Assembly: GCA_029259535.1 (NCBI GenBank)
Contig: JAPHEF010000004.1
Coordinates: 5,408 to 69,407, forward strand
Reading direction: 5' to 3'
Source: Candidatus Alkanophaga liquidiphilum
GTDB lineage: Archaea; Halobacteriota; Syntropharchaeia; Alkanophagales; B39-G2
Length of the DNA stretch: 64,000 nucleotides
The stretch's first letter is position 1. Every line of letters starts with the position of its first letter. Position numbers and translations under genes: made by a program. The notes under the pieces were generated by a model, which was not told the origin of the DNA, searched no databases, and saw nothing but the letters and a program-made list of their open reading frames with translations. Shown in pieces: positions 1 through 10,688 of this stretch.

Positions 1-619
1 CAATGTATTCTTTCAAAATGTCGTTCTGGACGGTGCCGCCGATTTGCGTTGACGGCACGCCTTGCTTCTCCGCCACTGCTATATACATCGCAAGAAGGAC
101 GTTCGCCGGCGAGTTTATCGTCATCGATGTCGTCACCTCGCCCAGCGGGATGCCGTCGAAGATTATTTCCATGTCCTTGAGCGAGTCGACGGCGACACCA
201 CACTTCCCCACCTCGCCACGAGAAAGCGGATGATCGGAATCACGCCCCATGAGTGTCGGGAGGTCGAAAGCTACGCTCAAGCCAGTTTGTCCGTTCTCCA
301 AGAGGTATTTGTAGCGCTCGTTGGTGTCTTCGGCGGTCCCGAAGCCCGCAAACTGCCGCATCGTGAACAGACGTCCTCGATACATCGTCGCATGTATGCC
401 TCGGGTGAACGGGTATTCGCCGGGGAAGCCGATGTCCCGCAGATAATCAATGTCTGCAACATCTAACGGCGTGTAGAGCCTTTTTACTTCTCTACTCGAT
501 GTCGTGGACGTGAACTTCTTCTTGCGCTCCGATTTTGCTCTTAACGCCCCTCTGAGACACGTCTCTTCCCATGCCCGCAATTTCCTCTCTATTTCTTTTA
601 AGTCCGTCTCGCTTAACAC
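1..619 (-). CDS. methylmalonyl-CoA (acyl-CoA) mutase, catalytic N-terminal part; 3' end runs off the window
   Basis: Absent from the ORF track because there is no stop in the window. Reverse-strand translation from GTG (619-617) gives [14 protein letters not shown]...[70 protein letters not shown]...[13 protein letters not shown]. These are the classic B12 acyl-CoA mutase motifs. Confidence 0.85.
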   Translation of the reverse strand, partial: MLSETDLKEIERKLRAWEETCLRGALRAKSERKKKFTSTTSSREVKRLYTPLDVADIDYLRDIGFPGEYPFTRGIHATMYRGRLFTMRQFAGFGTAEDTNERYKYLLENGQTGLSVAFDLPTLMGRDSDHPLSRGEVGKCGVAVDSLKDMEIIFDGIPLGEVTTSMTINSPANVLLAMYIAVAEKQGVPSTQIGGTVQNDILKEYI

Positions 620-706
620 GACGCACCCCCTCGCTTAGCTCTTCTCATGTTAGACGCCGCCGCTTATAAAACTTCGGAGATGCAAGCGGCGGGTTTGATG
701 CCTTAG

Positions 707-1363
707 CTACCCGGGGCGAAGAATATCCAAAAGTTCTTCAAGGCTCTTTATCACGAACGTTCCGCACCTTTCGTCTCGTCTGTCCAAGAAAAAGGCATTT
801 ATTCCCACTTTTCTCGGATTCAAGAAATCGAAGACCCAGTGGTCGCCGACGTGCACGACCTCCTGCGGCTTGACCTTTAAAATTTCGCAGACTCTCAAGT
901 AGAAGCCGTTAGATTTTTTCACCTGCCTGAAGTCTGAAACTGCCGAGAATATTCTTGAAAAGTAATGCTTCACGTCGGCTATCTGCACATTTATGAATTC
1001 TCTTGCGGCGTTCGAACACACGATCAGCTCATAGCCAGCTGCGCTAAGCTCCTGAAGCACGCCCTCGACCTCCGGATACACCCGTATCTCATGCTTAAAC
1101 CTCTCAAAAATCTTCTCGTAGCTCACATCCAACTGGAAACGCCGCAGCCAGTAATCTATGAGATACCACTCTATCGAGTTCTCTCCTACCTCCTCATACG
1201 CACTCATCACCATTTTAAGGGCGTCCTCAAAGCTCGTATTATGCGTCTCTGCGTAGATTTCTGGAATGCCCCGCAGCCACACTGCGTCCACGAACTTCTT
1301 GTCGGTCAAAGTGCCGTCAACGTCGAACGACACGACACGCACGCCCCTGAGCCGCTCATGCAT
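707..1363 (-). CDS. HAD-superfamily hydrolase
   Basis: ORF 707..1405. The DxDGT motif (VVSFDVDGTLTD) follows the Met at 1363, and a late GDHWVFD motif is present. The Met at 1363 is preferred because 1405 would overlap the hisH stop. Confidence 0.7.
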   Translation of the reverse strand: MHERLRGVRVVSFDVDGTLTDKKFVDAVWLRGIPEIYAETHNTSFEDALKMVMSAYEEVGENSIEWYLIDYWLRRFQLDVSYEKIFERFKHEIRVYPEVEGVLQELSAAGYELIVCSNAAREFINVQIADVKHYFSRIFSAVSDFRQVKKSNGFYLRVCEILKVKPQEVVHVGDHWVFDFLNPRKVGINAFFLDRRDERCGTFVIKSLEELLDILRPG

Positions 1364-1382
1364 AGCCGTCTCTCCTAAGCGT

Positions 1383-2003
1383 CTAACTCCGACACACTCG
1401 TACAAAGTTCTCCAAAACCCTCAATCCCTTCCTCCCAGACTTCTCGGGGTGGAACTGCGTTGCGTAGACGTTCTTCTCTTGGATCACCGCCACGACGGTG
1501 CCACCGTAGTCGGTGACTGCGACGACGCACCGCGCATCCTCAGGAATACAGTGGTAGGAGTGGACAAAGTAAAAATAGTCCCCATCTTTTATCCCACCCA
1601 AGATTGGCGTCTCTTTCAAAATACGTAGCGAGTTCCAGCCCATGTGCGGCGTCGTCACGTCGCTTGGCAACCGCACCACGCTCCCCTTCAGCACGGAAAG
1701 ACCGTGACCGCCGCTTTCCTCGCTGCTTTCGAAGAACATTTGCATGCCGAGGCAAATCCCAAGCACGGGCGTCCCCGAGCGCAGCATCTCAAAGAATACG
1801 TCTTCAAAAACTTTGAAATTTTTAACACCGTCGCCGAAGGCGCCAACTCCCGGAATAACAATGCCGTCTGCCTCTCTAAGTCTTGCGACTGCGGAGCCGT
1901 CCACGAGCACGGGCTCGCCGCCAGCCTTTTTGATGCCGTTGTATATGCTGAAAAGGTTACCCATCTTGTAATCTATTATTGCTATCATATTTCTCATCGC
2001 CAC
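1383..2003 (-). CDS. hisH: imidazole glycerol phosphate synthase, glutamine amidotransferase subunit
   Basis: Motifs IAIIDYKMGNL, PGVGAFG, GICLGMQ (nucleophile Cys), HMGWN, FVHSY and ATQFHPEKSG; length 206 aa. Confidence 0.9.
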   Translation of the reverse strand: MAMRNMIAIIDYKMGNLFSIYNGIKKAGGEPVLVDGSAVARLREADGIVIPGVGAFGDGVKNFKVFEDVFFEMLRSGTPVLGICLGMQMFFESSEESGGHGLSVLKGSVVRLPSDVTTPHMGWNSLRILKETPILGGIKDGDYFYFVHSYHCIPEDARCVVAVTDYGGTVVAVIQEKNVYATQFHPEKSGRKGLRVLENFVRVCRS

Positions 2004-2104
2004 TGATGACTTTCTGCGGTTAAGGCTTTTCGGTCTCGCTTCGTCCCGTAGATGCCCTCGACGTGGATAACTAAGATTAATAATGATAATAAATCCGAGG
2101 TGGT

Positions 2105-3259
2105 ATGATGAACTTCGAGCTTACTGATGAACAGAAAGAGGTGAAGAACGCCGCTCGTGAGTTTGCGGAGAAGGAGTTTTCGAGGGAGCTTGCGCTCGAG
2201 TGTGAGGAGCAAGGGCGTTTCCCGCACGGGCTTTGGAAGAAGGCAGCGGACCTCGGCTTCATCGGCATAAACATACCTGAGGAATACGGCGGGCAGGGCA
2301 TGGGGCTTCTTGAGAAGGTTCTCGTGCTGGAGGAGTTTTTCAGGGCAGACCCCAGCCTCGGCTTCATATATATTACGACGTTCGGCTCGGAGCTAATCCT
2401 GAACAACGGAACCGAGGAGCAAAAGAAAAAATACATTACGCCCATCGCACGAGGCGAGGCGATGATGGGCATGGCGGTCACTGAGCCCGAGCACGGCTCT
2501 GATATCCTAAAGCTCGACACAGTCGCCGTTAAAGATGGTGACGAGTGGGTGATTAACGGCACGAAAACGTTTATTTCGAACGGACCCGTAGCCGATTGGC
2601 TCGTGGTCGTGTGCCAGACCGACCCCGAAGCGAAGCCTCCTTATCGAGGGCAAAGCATGTTCATCGTAGAGACAAACTGTGATGGCTTCGAGGCTGTGGA
2701 GCTTAAGGGCAAGATGGGCATGCACCTCATAAAAACCAGCGAACTTTATTTTAACGATGTGAGAGTGCCTGCGGAGAACTTGCTTGGCGAAGAAAACAAG
2801 GGTTTCTACCAGCTGCTCGGCATGCTTAATGAGACGAGGACGGGCTTGGCGGCGAGGTGCATCGGCATCGCCCAAGGCGCCTTAGAGCGTTCCGTCAGAT
2901 ACGCGCGGCAAAGGAAGCAGTTCGGACGCCCGATCATAGAGTTCCAAGCGATACAGCACAAGCTTGCGGAGATGGCAACGAAAGTCGAGGCGGCTCGCCT
3001 CCTGACATATCAGGCAGCGTGGTTCTTCGACCAAGGGAAGCCCGACCCCATGCTGACGTCAATGGCTAAGTATTATGCATCGAGAACCGCAGTTGAAGTG
3101 AGCAACGATGCAATCCAAGTGCACGGCGGCTACGGCTACTTCGCAGAATACGACGTCGAGCGCTGCTTCCGCAATGCAAGAATCGCAGAAATCACCGAAG
3201 GAACCTCAGAAATCCAGAAAAACACGATTGCTTCGATGCTTAAGAAGAGAATACGTTAG
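2105..3259 (+). CDS. acyl-CoA dehydrogenase
   Basis: 384 aa. Motifs GMAVTEPEHGSD, TFISNG, QVHGGYGY and AEITEGTSEIQ are typical ACAD signatures. Confidence 0.9.
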   Translation: MMNFELTDEQKEVKNAAREFAEKEFSRELALECEEQGRFPHGLWKKAADLGFIGINIPEEYGGQGMGLLEKVLVLEEFFRADPSLGFIYITTFGSELILNNGTEEQKKKYITPIARGEAMMGMAVTEPEHGSDILKLDTVAVKDGDEWVINGTKTFISNGPVADWLVVVCQTDPEAKPPYRGQSMFIVETNCDGFEAVELKGKMGMHLIKTSELYFNDVRVPAENLLGEENKGFYQLLGMLNETRTGLAARCIGIAQGALERSVRYARQRKQFGRPIIEFQAIQHKLAEMATKVEAARLLTYQAAWFFDQGKPDPMLTSMAKYYASRTAVEVSNDAIQVHGGYGYFAEYDVERCFRNARIAEITEGTSEIQKNTIASMLKKRIR

Positions 3260-3316
3260 CGGTCTGATGTCGACGGCGTAGCTCCTTATCTGAAAACTTC
3301 GACCCAGCCCAGAACT

Positions 3317-4618
3317 TCAGCTCAATTTAAAAAACTTTTTTGCAGCTTCGAGCAGGACGCCGTCGCCGTTAATGGCTGCCTCCTTTAACGATGCTGTCGT
3401 GTTTGCGAGGAGCTTGTAAACGAGGGAATGTGTCAACCCCTCTATTATTTCCCTGTATTTTTGCTCTTGTGAAGGTGAGTTTCCTACGGTGCACAGCTTT
3501 TTCAAAGCCTTCTCAGCTTCTTGCGTCCTTATCTCCTCAGCAAGCCTGTAAATATGCTTCAGCAGCCTCTCAGCTTCCCTCTTCCGGTATTCCTCCTCCA
3601 AAAGCTCCAACTCTCTCTTTATTATCGCTTCGACCCTCGGCACCTCTTGCAGTCTCATCTTCAAGTTCTGCTCGCTCACGCCCCGCAGGGCATCAATGTT
3701 GTAAAGCTCGACGTTTTCGATGAGCGAGACACTTTCCTCCACGTCTCTTGGGTTTGCTATGTCTATGATGATGAGCTTCTTTCCCCCCCTCCGTGACATC
3801 GCTTTTCTCACCATCTCCTCTTTTATGACGGTGTGCGGGGCGCCTGTTGCGCTTATGACGACGTTTGCGACCTCCAAATACTTTTCAATATCGTCAAACC
3901 TGACGGCGTAGCCGCCAAGTTCCGCAGCGAGCGCTTCTGCTCTTGAGAACGTCCTGTTCGCAACGTATATTGCGCTCAGAGCCTCCTCCGACAGCGCCTT
4001 TGCCACAAGCGTCCCCATCTCGCCGGCGCCGACCACGAGGATGTCCCGTCCGTGTAAATCGCCGAGGACGTCCTTCGCAAGCTCGACCGCCGCCGAGCCT
4101 ATGGAGATGGCGCCCTCGTTGATCTTTGTCTCGGAGCGCGCCCTCTTGCCGGTGCGTATCGCTCGGTTGAACGCTACGCTCAGCGTCTCGCCGACAGTCC
4201 CCGCAGCCCTCGCCTCCTCGAAGCACTGCCTCACCTGCCCTAATATCTGGTCTTCCCCCACAATCATGGCTTCCAGCCCAGCAGCGACTCTCAACAAGTG
4301 CTCAGCGGCACCTCGCCCCTCCTTTATCTCTGTCTTCTGGCGGACGCTCGTGACAGCTGCAAGCCTTTCAAGAGCGTTTTTGCATTTTGGGCCGGCGGCG
4401 TAGATTTCGAGACGGTTGCAGGTGTGCAGCACGACGCACTCCTCTACACCGTCAAACGCCGCAAAATAACGACAAAGCCGTTGCAGGACGCTTGCGTCCT
4501 CACCACTTGTCTCTTTTTCTGCGAGAGCCCGCAAGTTGAAAAAGGCTGTTTCTATCTCAGGAAGCGTCGCTCTTTTGTGCGTTATGAGCAGGCACGCCAG
4601 CTCCATCATACGCTTCAC
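3317..4618 (-). CDS. hemA: glutamyl-tRNA reductase
   Basis: HTCNRLEIY active-site motif, Rossmann ILVVGAGEMG, 433 aa. Confidence 0.9.
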   Translation of the reverse strand: MKRMMELACLLITHKRATLPEIETAFFNLRALAEKETSGEDASVLQRLCRYFAAFDGVEECVVLHTCNRLEIYAAGPKCKNALERLAAVTSVRQKTEIKEGRGAAEHLLRVAAGLEAMIVGEDQILGQVRQCFEEARAAGTVGETLSVAFNRAIRTGKRARSETKINEGAISIGSAAVELAKDVLGDLHGRDILVVGAGEMGTLVAKALSEEALSAIYVANRTFSRAEALAAELGGYAVRFDDIEKYLEVANVVISATGAPHTVIKEEMVRKAMSRRGGKKLIIIDIANPRDVEESVSLIENVELYNIDALRGVSEQNLKMRLQEVPRVEAIIKRELELLEEEYRKREAERLLKHIYRLAEEIRTQEAEKALKKLCTVGNSPSQEQKYREIIEGLTHSLVYKLLANTTASLKEAAINGDGVLLEAAKKFFKLS

Positions 4619-4619
4619 G

Positions 4620-5375
4620 CTATCCGATGTAAGAAAATTCCTCCTTTTTCCTCTCAGTTTTCAGCCTTTCAGCCATATATCTCTCAAACTCCTCATCAAG
4701 CTTATCACTCTCAGCTTTTATCTCTTTTAAATCCAGCTCTATGCCTATTATTTCAACAAGCTTCTCTAAGACGACTTTTGCGCCCTTGGGGTCGGGGTAT
4801 GCGCCGTGCGTCTCGCCGAGCAAGCAAATTACCTCGAAGCCACGCTCCTTGCCGAGCCCGAGGAGGACGCCGGTGATGCCGAAGACGTTGCCACTGCTCC
4901 CCACTTTTAAGCCGTATCTTCGCATCTCTTCGACGAGTTCGTCGCTCGTCGCAATGACGTAGACGCCCGGATTCTTCAAATACCGCCCGGTCGTGTAACC
5001 GCCGAGCGTGAAAATCCTCGAAACTGAAAACTCGGCGCACAAGTCCAAAAGCGTATCCGCATATTTGTAATAGTTCTCGGGGCGATAGCCTTGGTAGTAG
5101 CCCGTCAGGATTATCAAATTGCTCTTTTCGTCATAAAAAAGCTCATCTTTTAGGAGCTCAGCGACGCCCTGCTCGTATTTTACGCCCGGGATGAGGAGCG
5201 GCGGCATCGCAAAAAACTGCGAATATACGTCGGCGAGCTTCTTCCCGTGCAGCTTTCTTATCAGATACTCAGCGGCGAGCCTCCCGACATCGCCCACGCC
5301 GCTCAGCCCTTCTATGAAAATCGGGTTTTTGAGGCGAGGCTTCTTAGTCCTGTATTTTATTACGGTTTCTTCCAT
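4620..5375 (-). CDS. PAC2 (proteasome assembly chaperone-like) family protein, paralog 1
   Basis: ORF 4620..5471; likely start is MEETVIKYRTKKPRLKNPIFIEGLSGVGDVG. It is a paralog of 28972..29769 (shared GLLLGLGKERGFE..CLLGETHG.YPDPK). Confidence 0.7.
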   Translation of the reverse strand: MEETVIKYRTKKPRLKNPIFIEGLSGVGDVGRLAAEYLIRKLHGKKLADVYSQFFAMPPLLIPGVKYEQGVAELLKDELFYDEKSNLIILTGYYQGYRPENYYKYADTLLDLCAEFSVSRIFTLGGYTTGRYLKNPGVYVIATSDELVEEMRRYGLKVGSSGNVFGITGVLLGLGKERGFEVICLLGETHGAYPDPKGAKVVLEKLVEIIGIELDLKEIKAESDKLDEEFERYMAERLKTERKKEEFSYIG

Positions 5376-5795
5376 TATTTTGTTTTTTGAATCGAATTGA
5401 CTAAAATTTGACGGGCATGGGCTTGGCATGACTAGTGCAACGTAACCCCGGGCGGATAGGCGAGACATCATATTTTACCGTCCGGGATTCCAGTTGGTGA
5501 TAAAGTGTTGTTCAAGGACGTCAGGGAGCGTCAGAGGGGGCATCTAAAGCTGGAGACAGATGGAAAGATATCTCATGCCCTACGGAGGAGCTTGAGAGAG
5601 TTGGAAATCGTGGGCGGGAGGGACGCCGTCCGCTCATCGGGCAGGTGGCTGTAAGACCGCACCGCATCGGGCTGGAAAACTGGCATAAAGAAAGCCGCTC
5701 CAGCCCATCGAGACAAAAATAACTACGGAATACATAAAACTTCCCCCCTCATTTAAACCATAAGCTTGGCGGGGGGAGGGTGAGGCGTGAGATTT

Positions 5796-6115
5796 CTAAG
5801 ATTGGAATAGCATGTCCCCCTTTTGTTGGCAGATGTCTTCCTTTAACCTCTTCACAGCCAATTCACAATATTTTCTGCTGATTTCCATGCCTATCCCTTT
5901 CCTCCCTTTAGCTTGTCTAAAGGGATGTTTAAACACATCCTTCCGTCAGGCTTGATCCGCTCAAGGCACCTTTCCAGCCATTTCTCAGTAAACTCAAGGT
6001 ATTTTTCGTAGGGTATGTCGTCACGAGAGCCCTCGTATTACATCATAAGGCGGGGAAGTGACTATTAGGTCTCGTGCTTAGGCAGGAACTTGCCACAAGC
6101 AGGATGCCGTCGAAT
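5796..6115 (-). pseudogene. decayed N4/N6 DNA methyltransferase relic
   Basis: Reverse-strand fragments lie in different frames. They read RDLIVTSPPYDVIRGLS* (SPPY motif IV at 6046-6060), DDIPYEKYLEFTEKWLERCLERIKPDGRMCLNIPLDKLKGGKG*, then IGMEISRKYCELAVKRLKEDICQQKGDMLFQS* (stop at 5796-5798). The AdoMet-binding FxGxG segment is missing. Confidence 0.6.
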
Positions 6116-6132
6116 TACACAGAAAAGCCTAT

Positions 6133-9100
6133 ATGCGGGCGTGGCAACCTATTTTCATGTCTTCAGAGACGAGAGTCATCCCTGTGAGTGTCGAGGACGA
6201 GATGCGCACTTCTTACCTTGATTATGCGATGAGTGTCATCGTCGGAAGGGCGATTCCAGATGTGCGTGATGGTTTGAAGCCAGTACACCGCCGCATCATC
6301 TATGCAATGTATGAGATGGGGCTGACCGCTGATAAGCCGCACAAAAAGTGCGCAAGGGTCGTCGGCGAGGTTCTCGGCAAGTATCATCCGCACGGCGACG
6401 CTGCCGTCTACGACACGCTCGTCAGGATGGCGCAGTCGTTCTCGTATCGCTACCCGCTGATTGACGGGCAAGGGAACTTCGGCTCGGTGGATGGCGACGC
6501 GCCAGCGGCAATGCGCTATTGCCTTACCGGGGAGACGCTGATTGTTACAGAGAGGGGTTTGATGCGGCTTGAGGACGTGGTGCCGAGGTCGAAGGAATGC
6601 TCCGAGCACGAGATTTCGCTCGGCGTTCTCTCTCATTTAGGAGAAGCGCTTGCAGACTGCTTTTTCAACTCAGGTCGCCACCCAGTCCTGCGTGTCGAGA
6701 CCGAGATGGGGCAGAGCTTTTCCGGAACGAGCAACCATCCCGTCCTCGTGTGGGTGCGTGGCGAGGACGGTCGGCCGACGCTCGCTTGGAAGCTTCTTGG
6801 GGATTTGAAGCCCGGGGACTGGCTCGTGGTCCAGAGGGGTTTCCCCTCCGCCAAAGAGCGTTACAAGACGGGATGCCCCCTCGCCCCAGAAGTGACGGAG
6901 GGGCTTGCCTTCCTCCTCGGCGCCCTCCTCGCAGGAGGCTACGTCTCTGAAGGGAAAGTAGGCTTCAACAACACCGACCCCAACTTCGTGGCTGCTGTCG
7001 AAAACGAGCTTCAGAAGCTCATAGATGCCCGCTACTGCCGCTACGTTCACACGCTCCCCAACGGAAAGAAGGTGATAGAGCTTCAAATCTACGTGAGAGA
7101 ATTTCTCTCCCTGGTGGAGGCGCTCGGCTTCGTCGAGAAGAGTTGGGAGAGGAGGGTTCCGAAGGCTGTCTTAGCTTCGCCGAAAGAGGTTCAGAGAGCC
7201 TTTTTGAAAGCCCTCTTTGGGGGAGGCGGCTCAGTCTCTAAAGGAAAGAATACAGTACTCCTCGCCTACCGCTCGAAGAGCAGGAGGCTTCTTGAGGACC
7301 TTCAGGTTCTTCTCCTTTCCTTCGGCGTGGTCTCCAAGCTCCACAGAGATGGAAAAAATTGGAGACTGTTCATCTCAGGAATTAAAAACGTGGCAACGTT
7401 CGCCAGGGAAATAGGCTTTGCTGGAAAGAAGCAAGGAAAGCTTGAAGCACTTCTCACGGAGTTTAGGGGGGAGGCTCTCAGCAAGACTGATTTCATCCCC
7501 TTCCTCGCAGATTACTTGCGCGAACGTTACAAAGGTCGAGGCTGGGACATATGGCTACAAAAGCACAATATAGACCGCTACGAGCGTCTCTCAAGATACC
7601 TCCCAGAGCTTGAGAAGTTTTTAGAGCCTGAAGACTTTATTTTTGTCCTTTGGCTCCTCGAAAGGCACTTCTACTTCACGAAAGTCTCGGCAGTCCATTA
7701 TGATGGACAACAGACCGTTTACTCCCTGCGCGTCCCGGGACCGAACTCCTTTGTCGGGAATGGCTTCATACATCACAACACCGAAGCTCGCCTCTCCAAA
7801 ATTGCTGGGGAGCTGATAGCGGACATCCAGAAGAACACTGTTGGCTGGATGCCAAACTTCGACAACACGCTGAAAGAGCCGGTGGTGCTGCCCGCACGCC
7901 TCCCGAACCTCCTCGTGAACGGCACCTCCGGCATTGCAGTGGGCATGGCGACGAACATGCCGCCGCACAACTTGAGCGAAGTCGTGGATGCCATCGTAAG
8001 GTTCATAGACGAGCCTGAGGTGAGCATCGAGGAGTTGATGCAGGCGATAAAAGGTCCGGACTTCCCGACGGGCGGCGTGATTCTCGGGACTGAGGGGATA
8101 AAAAAAGCATATGAGACGGGGCGTGGCACCATAAAGATAAGAGCCGCCGTGGAGATAGAGGAGTCACGGCGGCGAGCCCGTGTAATAATCAAGGAAATCC
8201 CGTATCAAGTGAACAAGAGTGCGCTCGTCGAAGAGATTGCGAATCTCGTGCGGGAGCGGCGCATAGAGGGCATTGCCGACTTGCGGGACGAATCAGACCG
8301 CCGAGGACTGAGGATAGTCATCGAGCTCAAGCCCGGTGCGAATCCTGAGGTTATTTTGAACAATCTGTATAAGCACACGCCGCTTGAAGTCTCATACGGT
8401 ATCATAAACCTTGCACTCGTCAACGGCGAGCCTCGAATCCTTACGTTGAAGGATTTGATTAGGCATTACGTAGAACATCGCAAAGAAGTCGTGCGCCGTC
8501 GCCTTAACTACGAGCTTGAGGTCTCAGAGCGTAGGAAGCACGTCCTCGAGGGGCTTCTTGTGGCACTGGACAACATAGAGGAGGTTGTAAGAATAATAAA
8601 GTCAGCAAGGAAGACCGAGGACGCAAGAAGAATTTTGGTTTCGAGGTTTCGGCTTAGCGACGTGCAGGCAAAGGAAATACTTGAGATGCGGCTGTCAAGA
8701 CTTAGCGCTCTGGAGAGGGAGAAAATAGAGACGGAGGCGAGGGAGCTTGAGGGGAAGGTGGCGGGCATAAAGGAGACGTTAGCGAGCGAGCTACGAATAC
8801 TTGATGTGATAAAAGGGGAACTGAGGGAGATTAGGGAGAAATACGGCGACGAGAGACGGACTAAAATAGGAGAATACGTGGAGATAAAAGAGATTGATTT
8901 GATAGAGCGGCGGAACGACATTGTTATCGTTACTGCGGGCGGCTACATAAAGCGAATGCCAGAGGCGGCTTTCAGGAAACAAGAGCGTGGCGGGAAGGGC
9001 AGGAATGCGATGGCGCGGAAAGAAGAGGACATTATAAAGAGTCTTGCGTTCTCTTCGACGCTCGATTACTTGCTAATACTCACGAAGGACGGTAGGGCTT

Positions 9101-9852
9101 ACATGATCAGGACGTATGAAGTTCCGGAGGGGGGATGGCACGCTAAGGGGCGTCCACTAAGGAGCGTTTTGGGGACAGAGGTCGGAACTGAGATTGCCAC
9201 GCTCCTCTCTGTTCCGAGAAGGTTTTTGGGCGAGGAAAGGTATTTGGTGCTCGTGACGAGAAAGGGTGTCGTCAAGAGACTGCGGCTGGCGAATTTTAAA
9301 AGCGTCAGGCGGAGCGGCATGCTCGCCGTCCGTGTTCTTGAGGGCGATGAGCTCGTGGCAGCGATGCTGACAAGCGGCAGCGATGACGTGCTCATCGCTA
9401 CAAGGAAGGGCAAAGTAATACGGTTTTCGGAAGAGGAGCTGCGGGAGATGGGCAGGTATGCAAGGGGCGTCCGCGGCATCAGGCTTGACGGCGGCGACGA
9501 GGTCGTTGCTGCGGATACGCTACATTCAGATATAGTGCAGGAGAAAAGGGCTGCGGTTTTTATAGTCACAGAAAAAGGATATGGCAAGAATACGAACATT
9601 GAAGAATTCAGGAAGACAAGAAGAGGTGGAAAGGGGGTCATGGGAATAAGAGTAAGTGAAAAGAGCGGCGGCGTAGTCTCGATAAAAGAAGTGCGAAGCA
9701 GTGATGAGATGCTCCTGATGACCTCAGGAGGAATGGCAATAAAGATTGCAGCGAAGAGCATACCTCGGCATAAGCGGGGCGCACGTGGCGTCAAGCTCAT
9801 GGACGTGGATGACAAAGAGCGGGTTACTGCCGTGGTGGTTGTTAGGAAGTAG
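6133..9852 (+). CDS. gyrA: DNA gyrase subunit A (intein-containing precursor)
   Basis: [25 protein letters not shown] and GKYHPHGD motifs. AAMRY is followed by the intein and then [10 protein letters not shown]-terminal beta-pinwheel repeats are present. An alternative start lies at 6157. Confidence 0.95.
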   Translation: MRAWQPIFMSSETRVIPVSVEDEMRTSYLDYAMSVIVGRAIPDVRDGLKPVHRRIIYAMYEMGLTADKPHKKCARVVGEVLGKYHPHGDAAVYDTLVRMAQSFSYRYPLIDGQGNFGSVDGDAPAAMRYCLTGETLIVTERGLMRLEDVVPRSKECSEHEISLGVLSHLGEALADCFFNSGRHPVLRVETEMGQSFSGTSNHPVLVWVRGEDGRPTLAWKLLGDLKPGDWLVVQRGFPSAKERYKTGCPLAPEVTEGLAFLLGALLAGGYVSEGKVGFNNTDPNFVAAVENELQKLIDARYCRYVHTLPNGKKVIELQIYVREFLSLVEALGFVEKSWERRVPKAVLASPKEVQRAFLKALFGGGGSVSKGKNTVLLAYRSKSRRLLEDLQVLLLSFGVVSKLHRDGKNWRLFISGIKNVATFAREIGFAGKKQGKLEALLTEFRGEALSKTDFIPFLADYLRERYKGRGWDIWLQKHNIDRYERLSRYLPELEKFLEPEDFIFVLWLLERHFYFTKVSAVHYDGQQTVYSLRVPGPNSFVGNGFIHHNTEARLSKIAGELIADIQKNTVGWMPNFDNTLKEPVVLPARLPNLLVNGTSGIAVGMATNMPPHNLSEVVDAIVRFIDEPEVSIEELMQAIKGPDFPTGGVILGTEGIKKAYETGRGTIKIRAAVEIEESRRRARVIIKEIPYQVNKSALVEEIANLVRERRIEGIADLRDESDRRGLRIVIELKPGANPEVILNNLYKHTPLEVSYGIINLALVNGEPRILTLKDLIRHYVEHRKEVVRRRLNYELEVSERRKHVLEGLLVALDNIEEVVRIIKSARKTEDARRILVSRFRLSDVQAKEILEMRLSRLSALEREKIETEARELEGKVAGIKETLASELRILDVIKGELREIREKYGDERRTKIGEYVEIKEIDLIERRNDIVIVTAGGYIKRMPEAAFRKQERGGKGRNAMARKEEDIIKSLAFSSTLDYLLILTKDGRAYMIRTYEVPEGGWHAKGRPLRSVLGTEVGTEIATLLSVPRRFLGEERYLVLVTRKGVVKRLRLANFKSVRRSGMLAVRVLEGDELVAAMLTSGSDDVLIATRKGKVIRFSEEELREMGRYARGVRGIRLDGGDEVVAADTLHSDIVQEKRAAVFIVTEKGYGKNTNIEEFRKTRRGGKGVMGIRVSEKSGGVVSIKEVRSSDEMLLMTSGGMAIKIAAKSIPRHKRGARGVKLMDVDDKERVTAVVVVRK
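6520..7779 (+). mobile_element. GyrA intein (420 aa) with LAGLIDADG homing-endonuclease domain
   Basis: N-extein ends AAMRY and the intein starts CLTGETLIV (Cys codon 6520-6522). Block B is GTSNHPVLV. The LAGLIDADG motifs are [17 protein letters not shown] and [13 protein letters not shown]. The intein ends GFIHHN (Asn codon 7777-7779), with +1 residue Thr of TEARL. Confidence 0.9.
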
Positions 9853-9934
9853 CGGCGGCGAGCAAACGTTCCGAAAGTCTTTTAAGTCGTAAGTTCTCAA
9901 ACCTTTTCGGATTATCGTCAAGGAGGTGCGTGAG

Positions 9935-10123
9935 ATGCCGGCTGTTGTTGATAAGGAGAAGTGCACGGGCTGTGGGGACTGTGTGGAAGAGTGCCCTGTG
10001 GAGGCGATAAGCCTCGTAGAAGAGGGAGACAAGAAATATGCCGTCGTGAATGAGGAGGAGTGCACGGAGTGCGAGGTTTGCATTGACACCTGCGAGCAAG
10101 GAGCCATAAGCATGAAGGAGTGA
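9935..10123 (+). CDS. 2x[4Fe-4S] ferredoxin
   Basis: Motifs CTGCGDCVEECP and CTECEVCIDTCE. SD GGAGGTG lies 7 nt upstream of the ATG at 9935; the ORF track starts at GTG 9926. Confidence 0.85.
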   Translation: MPAVVDKEKCTGCGDCVEECPVEAISLVEEGDKKYAVVNEEECTECEVCIDTCEQGAISMKE

Positions 10124-10138
10124 GCGAGGGCGCGGAGC

Positions 10139-10651
10139 ATGGCTGCGGGCGTTAAAATGGCGGAGGGCTTGGAAATCGAGGTCGTGCGTATAAAAAATGA
10201 TGAGAAGCAAGTGATCATAGGGCAGGGGAACTTCACGATTTTCGCATGCGACGACATCTTCAAGACGTTGCTCACTTGTGTCCCGGGCATAAAAGCGGCG
10301 GTCGCCATGAATGAGGCGGCGCCGAAGCTCACGAGAGTCACAGGAAACGACGAGATGCTCAAAAAGCTGGCGGCTGAAAACTGTTTGAGCATCGGGGCGA
10401 GCCACGTTTTCGTCATCGTCTTCGAAAATGCATTTCCGATAAACGTGCTCCCCGTCTTAAAAATGCATCCCGCAGTCGCCAATATCTACGTGGCAAGCGC
10501 CAACCCCATAGAGGTGCTTGTTGCGAAGACCGAGCTTGGAAAGGCTGTGCTTGGCGTCGTGGATGGCACCGCAGTTACGAGAATCGAAAACGATGAAGAG
10601 AGGGCAGAGCGCAGGAAGATCGCCGAAGAATTGGGCTACCGAATTGAATAA
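10139..10651 (+). CDS. adenosine-specific kinase family protein (PF04008-like)
   Basis: The pattern GASHVFVIVFENAFPINVLPVLKMHPAVANIYVASANPIEVLVA...LGVVDG matches my recollection of this archaeal family. Confidence 0.6.
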   Translation: MAAGVKMAEGLEIEVVRIKNDEKQVIIGQGNFTIFACDDIFKTLLTCVPGIKAAVAMNEAAPKLTRVTGNDEMLKKLAAENCLSIGASHVFVIVFENAFPINVLPVLKMHPAVANIYVASANPIEVLVAKTELGKAVLGVVDGTAVTRIENDEERAERRKIAEELGYRIE

Positions 10652-10688
10652 TTTTTATTTTTCCGCTTTTAGGCTTATGCTGTTGTTG

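Noticed and set aside
62-466. Plus-strand ORFs 3..233 and 62..466, and minus-strand ORF 277..462, at the window start.
   Set aside because: The same region, read on the minus strand in another frame, gives an unmistakable methylmalonyl-CoA mutase N-terminus starting at GTG 619.
5480-5655. Roughly 50-codon plus-strand ORF (VLFKDVRERQRGHLKLETDGKISHALRRSLRELEIVGGRDAVRSSGRWL), vaguely S19e-like or winged-helix-like.
   Set aside because: The similarity is too weak and the start is ambiguous. It lies next to a pseudogene, so its coding status cannot be supported from sequence alone.
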